Shown here in pieces: positions 30,480-39,623 of a stretch of DNA of 64,000 bases. Where the stretch lies: positions 208,371 to 272,370 of the forward strand of contig CAVTNR010000014.1 of NCBI GenBank assembly GCA_963736115.1, in the 5' to 3' direction. The position numbers were made by a program, and so were the translations under genes. The notes under the pieces were generated by a model. The model made no database searches, was not told where the DNA came from, and saw nothing but the letters and a program-made list of their open reading frames with translations. Every line of letters begins with the position of its first letter. Position 1 is the first letter of the stretch. Source of the stretch: an uncultured bacterium (lineage in GTDB: Bacteria > Zhuqueibacterota > QNDG01 > DTFT01).

Positions 30480-30606
30480 TTGAAGCTGCCCGCGGCCCGT
30501 CCCGCATCGCGGGGCCGGGGAATCTTCTATCTGTAGAGAACAGACTATTTATATTCGCTCGCTTACCCCGGGGCAAGCCCCGGGGTAAGCGCTCGCTGAC
30601 AGATTC
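30480..30606 (+). mobile_element. MITE-like two-hairpin element (copy with intact second hairpin)
   Basis: Shares TTGAAGCT, GAATCTTCTATCTGTAGAGAA, ATATTCGCTCGCT and GCGCTCGCTG.CAGATTC with 50161-50409; CCCCGGGGCAAGCCCCGGGG at 30566-30585. Confidence 0.75.
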
Positions 30607-30644
30607 AAGGAGGGAGGCCTTGACCAGCGGACGCGGATGGAAGG

Positions 30645-31628
30645 ATGATGATGATACGAGGTTTGTCAGGAAGGGCCGCGGCGATCGTCTGTCTGCAGGC
30701 GCTTCTGCTCCTGTCCGGATGCGGAGAATCGCCCCGACGCATTCTCTATCTCAATTCCTATCATGAAGGATACGCGCCGAGCGACGAGAAGATGCTCGCC
30801 GTCCAGCAGGCCGTCGCCGCCCGGCCCGACCTTGTCCTGAAGATCTTCTTCCTGGATGCCCAGAGACAACGAGACGAAAAACACCTTGAGGCCAGGATCC
30901 GGGAAGCGCTGGAAACCGTGGAGGAGTTTAATCCGGATGTGCTGATAGCGGCGGACGACGACGCGGTGAAGCACATCATCGCGCCGCATTTCAGGAAAGG
31001 CCGCATCCCCGTTGTTTTCTGCGGCGTGGATTGGACCTGCCAGCAGTACGGGCTGCCGACCGCGCAGGTGACGGGCATTCTTGAGATCCCTCCCGTCCGA
31101 GAGACCGTTCGCGCGCTGCGGGACAATGTCCCCTCGGTCCGTAACTGTTTCGTTCTTTCCGGAAATTCCGTGAGCGATCGTAAAAATGCCCGGACCCTCG
31201 AAACCCTTCTCCGGGGGGAGGGGCTCCATTCGGAAACGCTACTGGTGAATGATTTCAACGAATGGAAAAGACACTTTGACGCGGCCAACAACACCGCCGA
31301 CGCCGTGTTCCTTCCCTCCATGGGCGGTATCGACGGCTGGGACGACACGAAAGCCTTTGAATTCGTATTCCGGACCATCCGCAAGCCGGTCTTCACCTGC
31401 GAACGGTCCATGATGCGTTACGCGGTCTTCGGTTTCACCATGGTCGAAAGCGAGCAGGGACAGTGGGCGGCCCGGACCGCGCTGGAGATCCTGTCGGGCA
31501 AATCGCCCGTCGATTTTGCCGTGGCCGTGAACCGGGAGACCCGCGGGTACATCAATCCGGTCCTCGCCGACAGGATCGAACTGAAATTCAATCCGCAAAC
31601 CCTGGCGCGGCTGGAGCCGGTGAAGTGA
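30645..31628 (+). CDS. ABC-transporter substrate-binding-like lipoprotein
   Basis: Lipobox LSGC; ILYLNSYHEGY, PDVLIAADDDA and PVVFCGV motifs. Confidence 0.8.
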   Translation: MMMIRGLSGRAAAIVCLQALLLLSGCGESPRRILYLNSYHEGYAPSDEKMLAVQQAVAARPDLVLKIFFLDAQRQRDEKHLEARIREALETVEEFNPDVLIAADDDAVKHIIAPHFRKGRIPVVFCGVDWTCQQYGLPTAQVTGILEIPPVRETVRALRDNVPSVRNCFVLSGNSVSDRKNARTLETLLRGEGLHSETLLVNDFNEWKRHFDAANNTADAVFLPSMGGIDGWDDTKAFEFVFRTIRKPVFTCERSMMRYAVFGFTMVESEQGQWAARTALEILSGKSPVDFAVAVNRETRGYINPVLADRIELKFNPQTLARLEPVK

Positions 31629-31785
31629 CGGCCGTGTCCGTCGCCGGCTCCCTCATCCGTCATCCGGACGGACGGCCGCGGGCTGGGATCAGACGGAGGG
31701 GCCTGTCCTTGCGTGCCGGGGATAGGCCATCCGGATCGGCGGCCTGCAGCGCCGCGTCACCCAATGCGTGAGCCGGAGCCTTTTC

Positions 31786-32106
31786 ATGCACATCATCCAG
31801 CCTGAAACGGTGCGTCGGGTCATTGCGCTCGCGGAAGCGATGGAGACCCGGAGCGCCCCGGATGACGGAATGCCCGGGCCCTCGGAAGCACTGGAGGCGG
31901 CTCTTGCCGGCATGCCCCACCACGAGATCGTGGAACTGGTGGCCATGATTTCCGTGGGGCGCGGGGATCCGGGATCGGACCGTTTCGAATTCATCCTGGG
32001 GAACATCTATATGACCAAGGAGAAAGCGATCCGGTATCTGATGGATAAGCAGCATCTGGCGGAGTATCTGAGCAAGGCGATGATCAAGCTCGGCATGGAA
32101 ACCTGA
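31786..32106 (+). CDS. DUF3775-like protein
   Basis: ELVAMISVGRGD and YLMDKQHLAEYL motifs. Confidence 0.6.
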   Translation: MHIIQPETVRRVIALAEAMETRSAPDDGMPGPSEALEAALAGMPHHEIVELVAMISVGRGDPGSDRFEFILGNIYMTKEKAIRYLMDKQHLAEYLSKAMIKLGMET

Positions 32107-32154
32107 CCGTTCCGCCGTCCGTAGATGCCGTTTCACAATCGATTGGGGCTTCCC

Positions 32155-33735
32155 ATGTCAGCCGAAAAAGAACGCGTTCTGGTCATGGACACCACCCTGC
32201 GGGATGGTGAACAGATGAAGAACGTCAGCTACCCGCCCGACGAGAAACTCGCCATCGCCAAGATGCTTCTGCGGGCGGTGGGCGTGGACCGCGTGGAAAT
32301 CGCCAGCGCGCGCGTCAGCAAGGGCGAGGAAGCGGCCGTGCGCCGCATCATCGAGTGGGCGAAATCGGAGGGCCTTGACGACCGCGTCGAGATTCTCGGC
32401 TTCGTGGACGGCGGCAAATCGGTCGACTGGCTGGTTTCCCAGGGCGCCCGGGTGATGAACCTGCTCGCCAAAGGGTCCCTGAAGCACTGCGTCAATCAGC
32501 TGAAGAAAACCCGGGAGGAGCACGTCCGGGACATCCGCGATACGCTCGCGTACGCCGCTTCCCGGGGGGTGGCCTGCAATCTGTACCTCGAGGACTGGTC
32601 CAACGGCATGCTGCACTCCCCGGAGTACGTCTATTTCCTGCTGGAACAACTCGACGGATCCACCGTGAAGCGGTTTCTCCTGCCGGACACGCTCGGCGTT
32701 CTGTATCCCCGCCAGGTGTTGACATTCGCTTCGGATGTCGTCAAACGATTCCCCGGCCTGTGCTTCGATTTTCACGGGCACAACGATTACGGACTCGCCG
32801 TGGCCAACACGCTGGCGGCCGTGGAGGCGGGAATCCGATGCGTTCATTGCACGGTGAACGGAATGGGGGAAAGGGCGGGGAACACGCCGCTCGACGAGAC
32901 CGTGATCGGCATCCATGATTTTCTCGGCCTCTCCACGAACGTGGACGAGAAAGAGCTGTTCCGCGTCAGCCAGGCCGTCGAGGCCTATTCCGGATGCCGC
33001 GTTCCGTTCAACAAACCCATCTCCGGATCGAATGTGTTCACCCAGACGGCCGGCATCCACGCGGACGGCGACAAGAAGGGCAATCTCTACCACACCCGGC
33101 TCATGCCCGAGCGGTTCGACCGGAAACGCCAGTACGCGCTGGGCAAGCTCAGCGGAAAATCCAGCCTGGATTACAACCTGGAAAAGCTGGGCATCACCCT
33201 GACCCCGGAACAGAAGCGGACGGTGCTGGACCGCATCGTGGAGCTCGGCGACCGCAAGGAAAGCATCACGGACGACGATCTCCCGTACATCGTCACCGAC
33301 GTGCTCGACACGCCGGAGGAGAAGCGGTTCACCTTCCGGTCCTGCGTCATCGTCACCAGCATGGACCTCAAGCCCATGGCCACGATCAAGGTCATTGTCC
33401 GCGACCCGGATGACGGGAGCGAACAGGAGCTCGAGTCCAGCGCCCAGGGCGACGGGGGATACGACGCGTTCATGAACGCCCTGCACGGCGTGGCCCACCG
33501 GATCGCCTTCCCCCTTCCGAAACTGGTGGATTACGCGGTGTCCATCCCGCCCGGCGGGAAAACGGACGCGCTGGTCCGGTGCGCCATTACCTGGCGCAGT
33601 GGCGAGGCGCTGTTCATGACGAAGGGCGTCAATTCTGACCAGGTCATGGCCGCGATCGAGGCCACCGAGAAGATGATGAACCTGACCGCTCTGCAGAAGG
33701 GGAAAACGGATGGGAGGAAACAGCCGGCGCCCTGA
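32155..33735 (+). CDS. cimA: (R)-citramalate synthase (Leptospira/Bacteroides type, DRE-TIM family)
   Basis: DTTLRDGEQ, VDRVEIASARVSKGE, NLYLEDWSNGM and HGHND motifs; C-terminal regulatory domain. Confidence 0.82.
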   Translation: MSAEKERVLVMDTTLRDGEQMKNVSYPPDEKLAIAKMLLRAVGVDRVEIASARVSKGEEAAVRRIIEWAKSEGLDDRVEILGFVDGGKSVDWLVSQGARVMNLLAKGSLKHCVNQLKKTREEHVRDIRDTLAYAASRGVACNLYLEDWSNGMLHSPEYVYFLLEQLDGSTVKRFLLPDTLGVLYPRQVLTFASDVVKRFPGLCFDFHGHNDYGLAVANTLAAVEAGIRCVHCTVNGMGERAGNTPLDETVIGIHDFLGLSTNVDEKELFRVSQAVEAYSGCRVPFNKPISGSNVFTQTAGIHADGDKKGNLYHTRLMPERFDRKRQYALGKLSGKSSLDYNLEKLGITLTPEQKRTVLDRIVELGDRKESITDDDLPYIVTDVLDTPEEKRFTFRSCVIVTSMDLKPMATIKVIVRDPDDGSEQELESSAQGDGGYDAFMNALHGVAHRIAFPLPKLVDYAVSIPPGGKTDALVRCAITWRSGEALFMTKGVNSDQVMAAIEATEKMMNLTALQKGKTDGRKQPAP

Positions 33736-33781
33736 TCCCGGTGTCTGATCGGGGCGGCCTCTTTCGGGGGCGAACGGCTAC

Positions 33782-33818
33782 AGCCTCACGGACCCATGCG
33801 GTTCCGGGAGGCTTTTTT
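33782..33818 (+). terminator. Probable intrinsic terminator between convergent genes
   Basis: AGCCTC...GAGGCT imperfect stem followed by a T run. Confidence 0.45.
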
Positions 33819-33820
33819 GT

Positions 33821-35248
33821 CTAGAAGAAAATCCAGGAGGTGAGGATGAATACCGGGATCAACACAACCAGGGAATAGCCCATGTATCCGAAGAAACTCG
33901 GCATGCGGACGCCGCTTTCCTCGGCGATGGAGCGCACCATGAAATTCGGCGCGTTTCCGATATAGGTGTTGGCGCCCATGAATACGGCGCCGATGGAGAT
34001 GGCTTTCAGGTATTCGGCATTCTCTGAAATGAGCCGGCCGACTGCCAGAGGCTCCGGCATTCCGGGCGCAAAACGGCCGATGGCCGTATTGAAAAAGGTC
34101 AGGTATGTCGGGGCATTGTCGAGAAAGCTGGACAGGAGGCCGGAGGCCCAGAAATAGTGCGCGGGTGTACGCACGGCCCGGATCAGGCCGGCCAGGGCTC
34201 CCTGTTCCCCGGCTTTCAGAATGGCCACGGCCGGTATGATCGTGACAAAAATGCCCGCGAAAAGGATAGCCACTTCACGGATGGGGCCCCAGGTGAATTC
34301 ATTCCGGGTGCGGATGTCCCGTGATGTGGTCATCCAGGACAGAAAGACAATCAGGAGCAGAAGGCCGTCGCGGATCAGATTCTGAAGGGGGATGTGCACG
34401 CCGGCAACATTCACTTCCGCGAGATGCCAGAAACCGCTGACCAGAACCGCGGCGACGATGCCTGCCAGGTAGATGAAATTGTGGCCGCCGGAAAGCCTGA
34501 GGCCGGCCGGGCGGCCCTGGTCCGGCGGCACGGTGTCCGTTGGGAGATCCTTTTTCTCTCTCCGCCACAGCCGGGTGTCCCAGAGAAAGAAAACTGACAG
34601 CAAGATCACGGTTACAAAAGCCATTTCAGGAAAGAGTCCAAGGGTCCAGAAAAACGGGACGGAATGCAGAAAACCGAGAAACAGGGGCGGATCTCCCAGC
34701 GGCGTGAGAGCGCCTCCGATGTTGCTGACCAGAAAAATGAAGAAAACCACGATGTGGGCTTTCGATTTCCGGTTCGCATTGGCCCTCAGAACGGGACGGA
34801 TCAACAGCATGGACGCGCCCGTGGTGCCGGTCCAGGAAGCGATGGCGGTTCCGGCCAGGAGGAGAATCGAATTGAGCAGGGGCGTGCCCGTCAGATTGCC
34901 TTCCAGACAGATACCCCCGGATACAGTGAAAAGTGCCCAGAGCAGTATGATAAAAGGAAGAAAATCGACCAGAATGACATGTTTTAATTCGATCCAGGCA
35001 GAGGAACCGAAGGCGGCGAGCATGGGAATAGTCAGACAGGCAGCCCAGAAGAGTGAAATTTTCGGGAAATGATGGTGCCAGAACCGGGGTTTAAAAAGGG
35101 GCAGTAAAGCAATTGAAAGCAGGATCCCGACGAATGGAATAATGCTCCAGACCGGCAAAGAGGAACCGAGAGAAGCATTTACGGGTTCGGATGAAAACAA
35201 TGGCGATGTTAACGTAAACAACGAAAAAACAACAGATTTACGTTTCAT
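33821..35248 (-). CDS. Putative Na+/H+ antiporter (ion transporter superfamily)
   Basis: GTTGASMLLIRP, NIGGALTPLGDPPL, LDNAPTYL and YIGNAPNFMV motifs; many TM helices. Confidence 0.85.
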   Translation of the reverse strand: MKRKSVVFSLFTLTSPLFSSEPVNASLGSSLPVWSIIPFVGILLSIALLPLFKPRFWHHHFPKISLFWAACLTIPMLAAFGSSAWIELKHVILVDFLPFIILLWALFTVSGGICLEGNLTGTPLLNSILLLAGTAIASWTGTTGASMLLIRPVLRANANRKSKAHIVVFFIFLVSNIGGALTPLGDPPLFLGFLHSVPFFWTLGLFPEMAFVTVILLSVFFLWDTRLWRREKKDLPTDTVPPDQGRPAGLRLSGGHNFIYLAGIVAAVLVSGFWHLAEVNVAGVHIPLQNLIRDGLLLLIVFLSWMTTSRDIRTRNEFTWGPIREVAILFAGIFVTIIPAVAILKAGEQGALAGLIRAVRTPAHYFWASGLLSSFLDNAPTYLTFFNTAIGRFAPGMPEPLAVGRLISENAEYLKAISIGAVFMGANTYIGNAPNFMVRSIAEESGVRMPSFFGYMGYSLVVLIPVFILTSWIFF

Positions 35249-35434
35249 TTGGGTCCTTGATTTTATTGATATGCATTTTAATAAAATTGCAGGGTGAAAT
35301 CAATCAAAAATTATTGTCAATAGATTCAGAACGGTTTATAGAATTTTTTAAAATTTTGATATTTTACAATAAAGGCATGGAATTTGCTAGGATTGTGTCT
35401 AAATGTTCATACTCTCGGAAAAGGAACATTTCTC

Positions 35435-35463
35435 TTGACATTGATTTAATAAATATATAGATT
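35435..35463 (+). promoter_or_regulatory. Sigma70-type promoter
   Basis: TTGACA-17 nt-TAGATT in an AT-rich intergenic region. Confidence 0.6.
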
Positions 35464-35545
35464 AAACCATAATTCAGGAAATCTCCTGTTTTATTTTATG
35501 TATTATAGACGTATTCCGAAACGAAACCATTGGGAGGTAAGTCCC

Positions 35546-36697
35546 ATGAAAAAACTGTTAATGGTTCTGTTCGTACTGTTGTTCGCGGTGAGCAGTTACT
35601 CGGCCGTGAACATGCGGCTGGTTAAGACGTTTCATTCTGATGATGGAACGAATGGAGTCATCCGGGTGGCGGTTCAGGCTTATGCGTCATTCGGTTATAA
35701 TATCTACCTGTTCTCAGGTCAGTTCTATGTCGGGGACGACCTTCGGGATCTCACTCCGACTGTGATTCAGAATGACCCGGATTATTTTCCGGATGGTGAT
35801 TATTTGAAGAACAGCGGTTACGATGACGGCATCTGCTATTTTGAATTCATTTCCGCCTATGATGACGGCACGTTCCTGAAGAAAATTTCCAAATCCACCT
35901 GGGAAACGATTTATACCTATGAATATCAGTATTCATGCACTCCGGGTTTCAGGACCACATTCGAATGGTCCTCTGACGGCTCCTTCCCTCTCTGGGAAGT
36001 CGATGCATGGAATTCCGTGCTCGGCGAACCCTACATCCAGACCGGAACCCGCGCATCCATCCCCGCGGATCTGACCGATGTCTCCCTTCCCGTCCAGATG
36101 CAGCGTTTCATCGGCGAGTACGCTTACGATGCGGGCGTGAAACTCAACTGGACCACGCAGAGCGAAGTGAATTCCGCCGGATTCCACATCCTGCGCAGTG
36201 AAAATCCGGACGCCGAAATCGGCTCCTGGAAGCGTGTTTCAGGCGCCATGATCCCCGGACAGGGCAACAGCTCTTCCGCCATGGAGTATGCCTTCAGCGA
36301 TCCCAATGTGGGATGGGACAAGACCTATTACTACCAGATCCATGAAATTTCCACGGTGTTCGGCGACACCAGCAAGTCCTACTACGGCCCGCTGGCTGTC
36401 ACCACCAAAGCGGCGCCTCAGGGCTTCCGCCTGTCGCAGAACTATCCGAACCCCTTCAACCCAACGACTCAGTTCGATTACGAAATCCGTGACGCGGCCC
36501 AGGTGAAGATCACGGTCTTCAACCTGCTGGGCAAGGAAGTCGCCACTCTGGTGAACGGCCACAGGCCCGCCGGCATCTACACGGTTTCGTGGGACGGCAG
36601 CGATGCGGCCGGGCGGCAGACGGCATCCGGCATCTATTTCTACCGCATCCAGGCGGGGGACCGGACCGACATCCGCAAGATGACGAAGATGAAATAA
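35546..36697 (+). CDS. Secreted protein with LPV-junction Ig module and FlgD-Ig/T9SS-like C-terminal domain
   Basis: GGAGG RBS; signal peptide MKKLL...; SLPVQMQRF...LNWTTQSEVNSAGF; QNYPNPFNP...RKMTKMK. Confidence 0.85.
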   Translation: MKKLLMVLFVLLFAVSSYSAVNMRLVKTFHSDDGTNGVIRVAVQAYASFGYNIYLFSGQFYVGDDLRDLTPTVIQNDPDYFPDGDYLKNSGYDDGICYFEFISAYDDGTFLKKISKSTWETIYTYEYQYSCTPGFRTTFEWSSDGSFPLWEVDAWNSVLGEPYIQTGTRASIPADLTDVSLPVQMQRFIGEYAYDAGVKLNWTTQSEVNSAGFHILRSENPDAEIGSWKRVSGAMIPGQGNSSSAMEYAFSDPNVGWDKTYYYQIHEISTVFGDTSKSYYGPLAVTTKAAPQGFRLSQNYPNPFNPTTQFDYEIRDAAQVKITVFNLLGKEVATLVNGHRPAGIYTVSWDGSDAAGRQTASGIYFYRIQAGDRTDIRKMTKMK

Positions 36698-36717
36698 GCC
36701 TCATCCAAAGGCAGTTC

Positions 36718-36749
36718 AAAGGCCGGTTCAAACGAACCGGCCTTTTTTT
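36718..36749 (+). terminator. Intrinsic terminator
   Basis: AAAGGCCGGTTC-AAAC-GAACCGGCCTTT followed by more T. Confidence 0.85.
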
Positions 36750-36769
36750 ATCCAAACTCCAGAAAACGC

Positions 36770-36798
36770 TTGACGAAGCGCTTTTTTTTCCCTATTTT
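36770..36798 (+). promoter_or_regulatory. Sigma70-type promoter for trpR-trpB2
   Basis: TTGACG-17 nt-TATTTT. Confidence 0.5.
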
Positions 36799-36834
36799 GC
36801 TACTATGAATAGAAACAAACGGGAAAGAGGGGGC

Positions 36835-37116
36835 ATGGAGGACCGCGAGCTGATCGAAGTGTTCGCGGCCATCCGCGATCCGGCGACCATGCGCCGGTTT
36901 TTCCGGGAAATCTTCACCCGGTCGGAAATCGCGGATCTCTCCCTGCGCTGGAAGCTCATGAAGATGCTGAAATCCGGCATGCCCCAGAGGCGGATCGCGC
37001 AGGAACTGGGCGTCAGCCTGTGCAAGATTACCCGGGGCGCGCGGCTCATCAAGGATGCGTCCACCGTCACCAACCGCTACATCGGAAAACCGAAGTCCAG
37101 GAGGAAACATGCGTGA
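36835..37116 (+). CDS. trpR: Trp repressor family protein
   Basis: [13 protein letters not shown] and [22 protein letters not shown]; GAGGGG RBS. Confidence 0.8.
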   Translation: MEDRELIEVFAAIRDPATMRRFFREIFTRSEIADLSLRWKLMKMLKSGMPQRRIAQELGVSLCKITRGARLIKDASTVTNRYIGKPKSRRKHA

Positions 37117-38473
37117 TGAGAAGAAGATATTCCTGACCGAGAAGGAGATGCCCGGTCAGTGGTACAACATACAGGCGGATCTGCCGAAACCGCTTCCGCC
37201 GGCCCTTCATCCCGGAACCGGCAAGCCGATCGGGCCGGACGATCTCGCTCCGATATTCCCCATGGGGCTCATTCAGCAGGAAGTCAGCCAGGAGCGGTTC
37301 ATCGACATACCGGAGGAAATACAGGACATTTACCGGATCTGGAGACCCTCGCCCCTGGTCCGGGCCCGGAACTGGGAAAAAGCCCTCGATACGCCCGCGA
37401 AAATCTATTATAAATGGGAAGGCACCAGCCCGGCGGGCAGTCACAAGGTCAACACCTCGGTTCCCCAGGCCTATTACAACATGAAGGAGGGCGTGAAGCG
37501 CATCGCCACGGAAACCGGGGCCGGCCAGTGGGGCAGCGCCCTGGCTTTTGCCTGCAACCTGTTCGGGATCGAGTGCAAGGTGTACATGGTCAAGATCAGC
37601 TTCAACCAGAAACCCTACCGCCGTCTGCTCATGGAAACCTGGGGCGCTAAATGCATACCGAGCCCGAGCACGGAAACGGAATCGGGACGGAAAATCCTCG
37701 CGGAATATCCGGATTCCCCCGGCTCCCTCGGCATCGCCATCAGTGAAGCCGTCGAGGACGCGGCCAAACGCGATGACACGAAATACTCCCTGGGGTCGGT
37801 TCTGAACCACGTCATGCTGCACCAGACGATTATCGGGCTCGAGGTCAAGAAACAGTTTGAAAAAATAGGGGAGTATCCGGACATCCTGATCGGATGCGTG
37901 GGAGGCGGATCCAATTTCGCCGGTTTCAGCATCCCCTTCGTGCGCGATAAGATCGTGGACAAGAAAAAGACGCGCATCATCGCCGTCGAACCGCTTGCCT
38001 GTCCGTCCCTGACCAAGGGCCTGTACCGGTACGATTTCGGCGACTCCGCGGGAATGACCCCGCTTCTTCGCATGTTCACGCTGGGCCACAATTTCATGCC
38101 GGCCCCGATTCACGCGGGCGGGCTCCGGTATCACGGAATGGCGCCGATCGTCAGCCACCTGTACGATCTCAAGCTCATCGAGGCGGTGGCCGTGCATCAG
38201 CGGCCGGTATTCGAAGCCCTGATCAGCTTCGCCCGCACCGAAGGCCATGTGCTGGCGCCCGAAACCGGCCATGCCGTCCGTACCGCGATGGATGAAGCGC
38301 TGAAATGCAAACAATCCGGAGAGAAGAAGGTGATTGTTTTCAACGCCAGCGGACACGGGCACTTCGATATGGGATCCTACGAGCGCTACCTCAGCAACAA
38401 TCTCGAGGATTATGAGTACCCGGACGAACTGGTCAAAGAGGCGCAGAAGAGCCTTCCTGTTGTGGCGGAATAA
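37109..38473 (+). CDS. trpB2: TrpB2-type tryptophan synthase beta (PLP-dependent)
   Basis: [31 protein letters not shown] and [10 protein letters not shown] motifs. Confidence 0.93.
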   Translation: MRDEKKIFLTEKEMPGQWYNIQADLPKPLPPALHPGTGKPIGPDDLAPIFPMGLIQQEVSQERFIDIPEEIQDIYRIWRPSPLVRARNWEKALDTPAKIYYKWEGTSPAGSHKVNTSVPQAYYNMKEGVKRIATETGAGQWGSALAFACNLFGIECKVYMVKISFNQKPYRRLLMETWGAKCIPSPSTETESGRKILAEYPDSPGSLGIAISEAVEDAAKRDDTKYSLGSVLNHVMLHQTIIGLEVKKQFEKIGEYPDILIGCVGGGSNFAGFSIPFVRDKIVDKKKTRIIAVEPLACPSLTKGLYRYDFGDSAGMTPLLRMFTLGHNFMPAPIHAGGLRYHGMAPIVSHLYDLKLIEAVAVHQRPVFEALISFARTEGHVLAPETGHAVRTAMDEALKCKQSGEKKVIVFNASGHGHFDMGSYERYLSNNLEDYEYPDELVKEAQKSLPVVAE

Positions 38474-38496
38474 GCAATCTCGGAAATAGAATCATT

Positions 38497-38528
38497 AAAA
38501 AGCCCCTTCGCGATGAAGGGGCTTTTTT
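38497..38528 (+). terminator. Intrinsic terminator
   Basis: AAAAAGCCCCTTC-GCGAT-GAAGGGGCTTTTTT. Confidence 0.85.
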
Positions 38529-38654
38529 CTATTTCAGACTGTCGTCGACGGCGGAACAGGCCGGCTGAACAACTCCGGCGGCCGGTTCGGCGACAGCCGG
38601 GATGGAACAGTTGAAGGCTGTTGGTTTTTTCGAAAAACCGCCCTAACTTACCGT

Positions 38655-39515
38655 ATGATTCTCAAACCATCGATTCCCGAACGATCCGCATGGTCCGAAA
38701 TTCAGCCGCTCAAGGTGATATCCGCGAGCCGCAGAACGGAAATGCCGGGATTTTTTTCGGACCGGCTGGTCCGCATGCTTGAATCCCGCTGTCCTTCGGA
38801 ACGCGTGCAGTCCGTGGTACTGTGGTCCAAGCGGCCGGGGCCCATTCTGGAAAACCGCGATCTGGCCCGATGCCTCGGACGGTATGGACAGATTTTTCTG
38901 CACCTCACCATCACAGGCATGGGCGGCAGTTTCCTGGAGCCCGGTATTCCGCGGGCGGACGACGTGCTCCGCATGTTACCGGAACTGGCCGGCCGGCTCG
39001 GAACGGCCCGCAGACTGACGATCCGTTTCGATCCGATCGTTCATCTGCGTCTTCCGGGCGGTGAACGGTACAGCAATATCCGTCATTTTCAGAGGGTGGC
39101 AGAGACAGCCGCGGCATGCGGAATTGAAAGGATGGCGGTCAGCTGGATGCAGTCGTACGCGAAAGTCATTTCCAGGCTGGAACGACTCGGCATCCGGCCG
39201 GAGGAGCCGTCCGACGCGGAAAAGGAAGCGGAAACAGGACGCCTGTCCGAAACCGCGGGCGGACTGGGCCTGACACTGAACGGCTGCTGCGTACCCTGGC
39301 TTCCGGTTTCGGCCTGCATCGACGGCGGGCTCCTGTCCGATCTGCATCCGACGCGGAAACCGGCTTCAATAAAAAAAGCAGCCGGGCAGCGGCCGGCCTG
39401 CGGTTGTACGGAAAGCTGGGACATCGGGTGGTATTCTCCATGCCCGGGCGGATGCCTGTACTGCTATGCCAGGCCTGAGACCGCGCTCCGCCTGATCGGA
39501 CCTCCTCCCGAATGA
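38655..39515 (+). CDS. DUF1848 family protein
   Basis: ISASRRTE, VLWSK, RFDPI and CGCTESWDIG...CPGGCLYCYA motifs. Confidence 0.85.
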   Translation: MILKPSIPERSAWSEIQPLKVISASRRTEMPGFFSDRLVRMLESRCPSERVQSVVLWSKRPGPILENRDLARCLGRYGQIFLHLTITGMGGSFLEPGIPRADDVLRMLPELAGRLGTARRLTIRFDPIVHLRLPGGERYSNIRHFQRVAETAAACGIERMAVSWMQSYAKVISRLERLGIRPEEPSDAEKEAETGRLSETAGGLGLTLNGCCVPWLPVSACIDGGLLSDLHPTRKPASIKKAAGQRPACGCTESWDIGWYSPCPGGCLYCYARPETALRLIGPPPE

Positions 39516-39623
39516 CTGCGGCGATGCGCCTGCCCCGGGTCGCGTAGTGGGATCGGCGTTCATCGCCGCGATCCGTAAAGAATGCCGGGAACCGGCCCGG
39601 GAGTCCGGATCCGGTCCCCTGAA

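Noticed and set aside
38581-38618. Possible eighth mini-unit (GCCG-GTT-CGGC GACA N15 TTGAAGGC)
   Set aside because: Stem and core are too short and there is no host hairpin; could be chance
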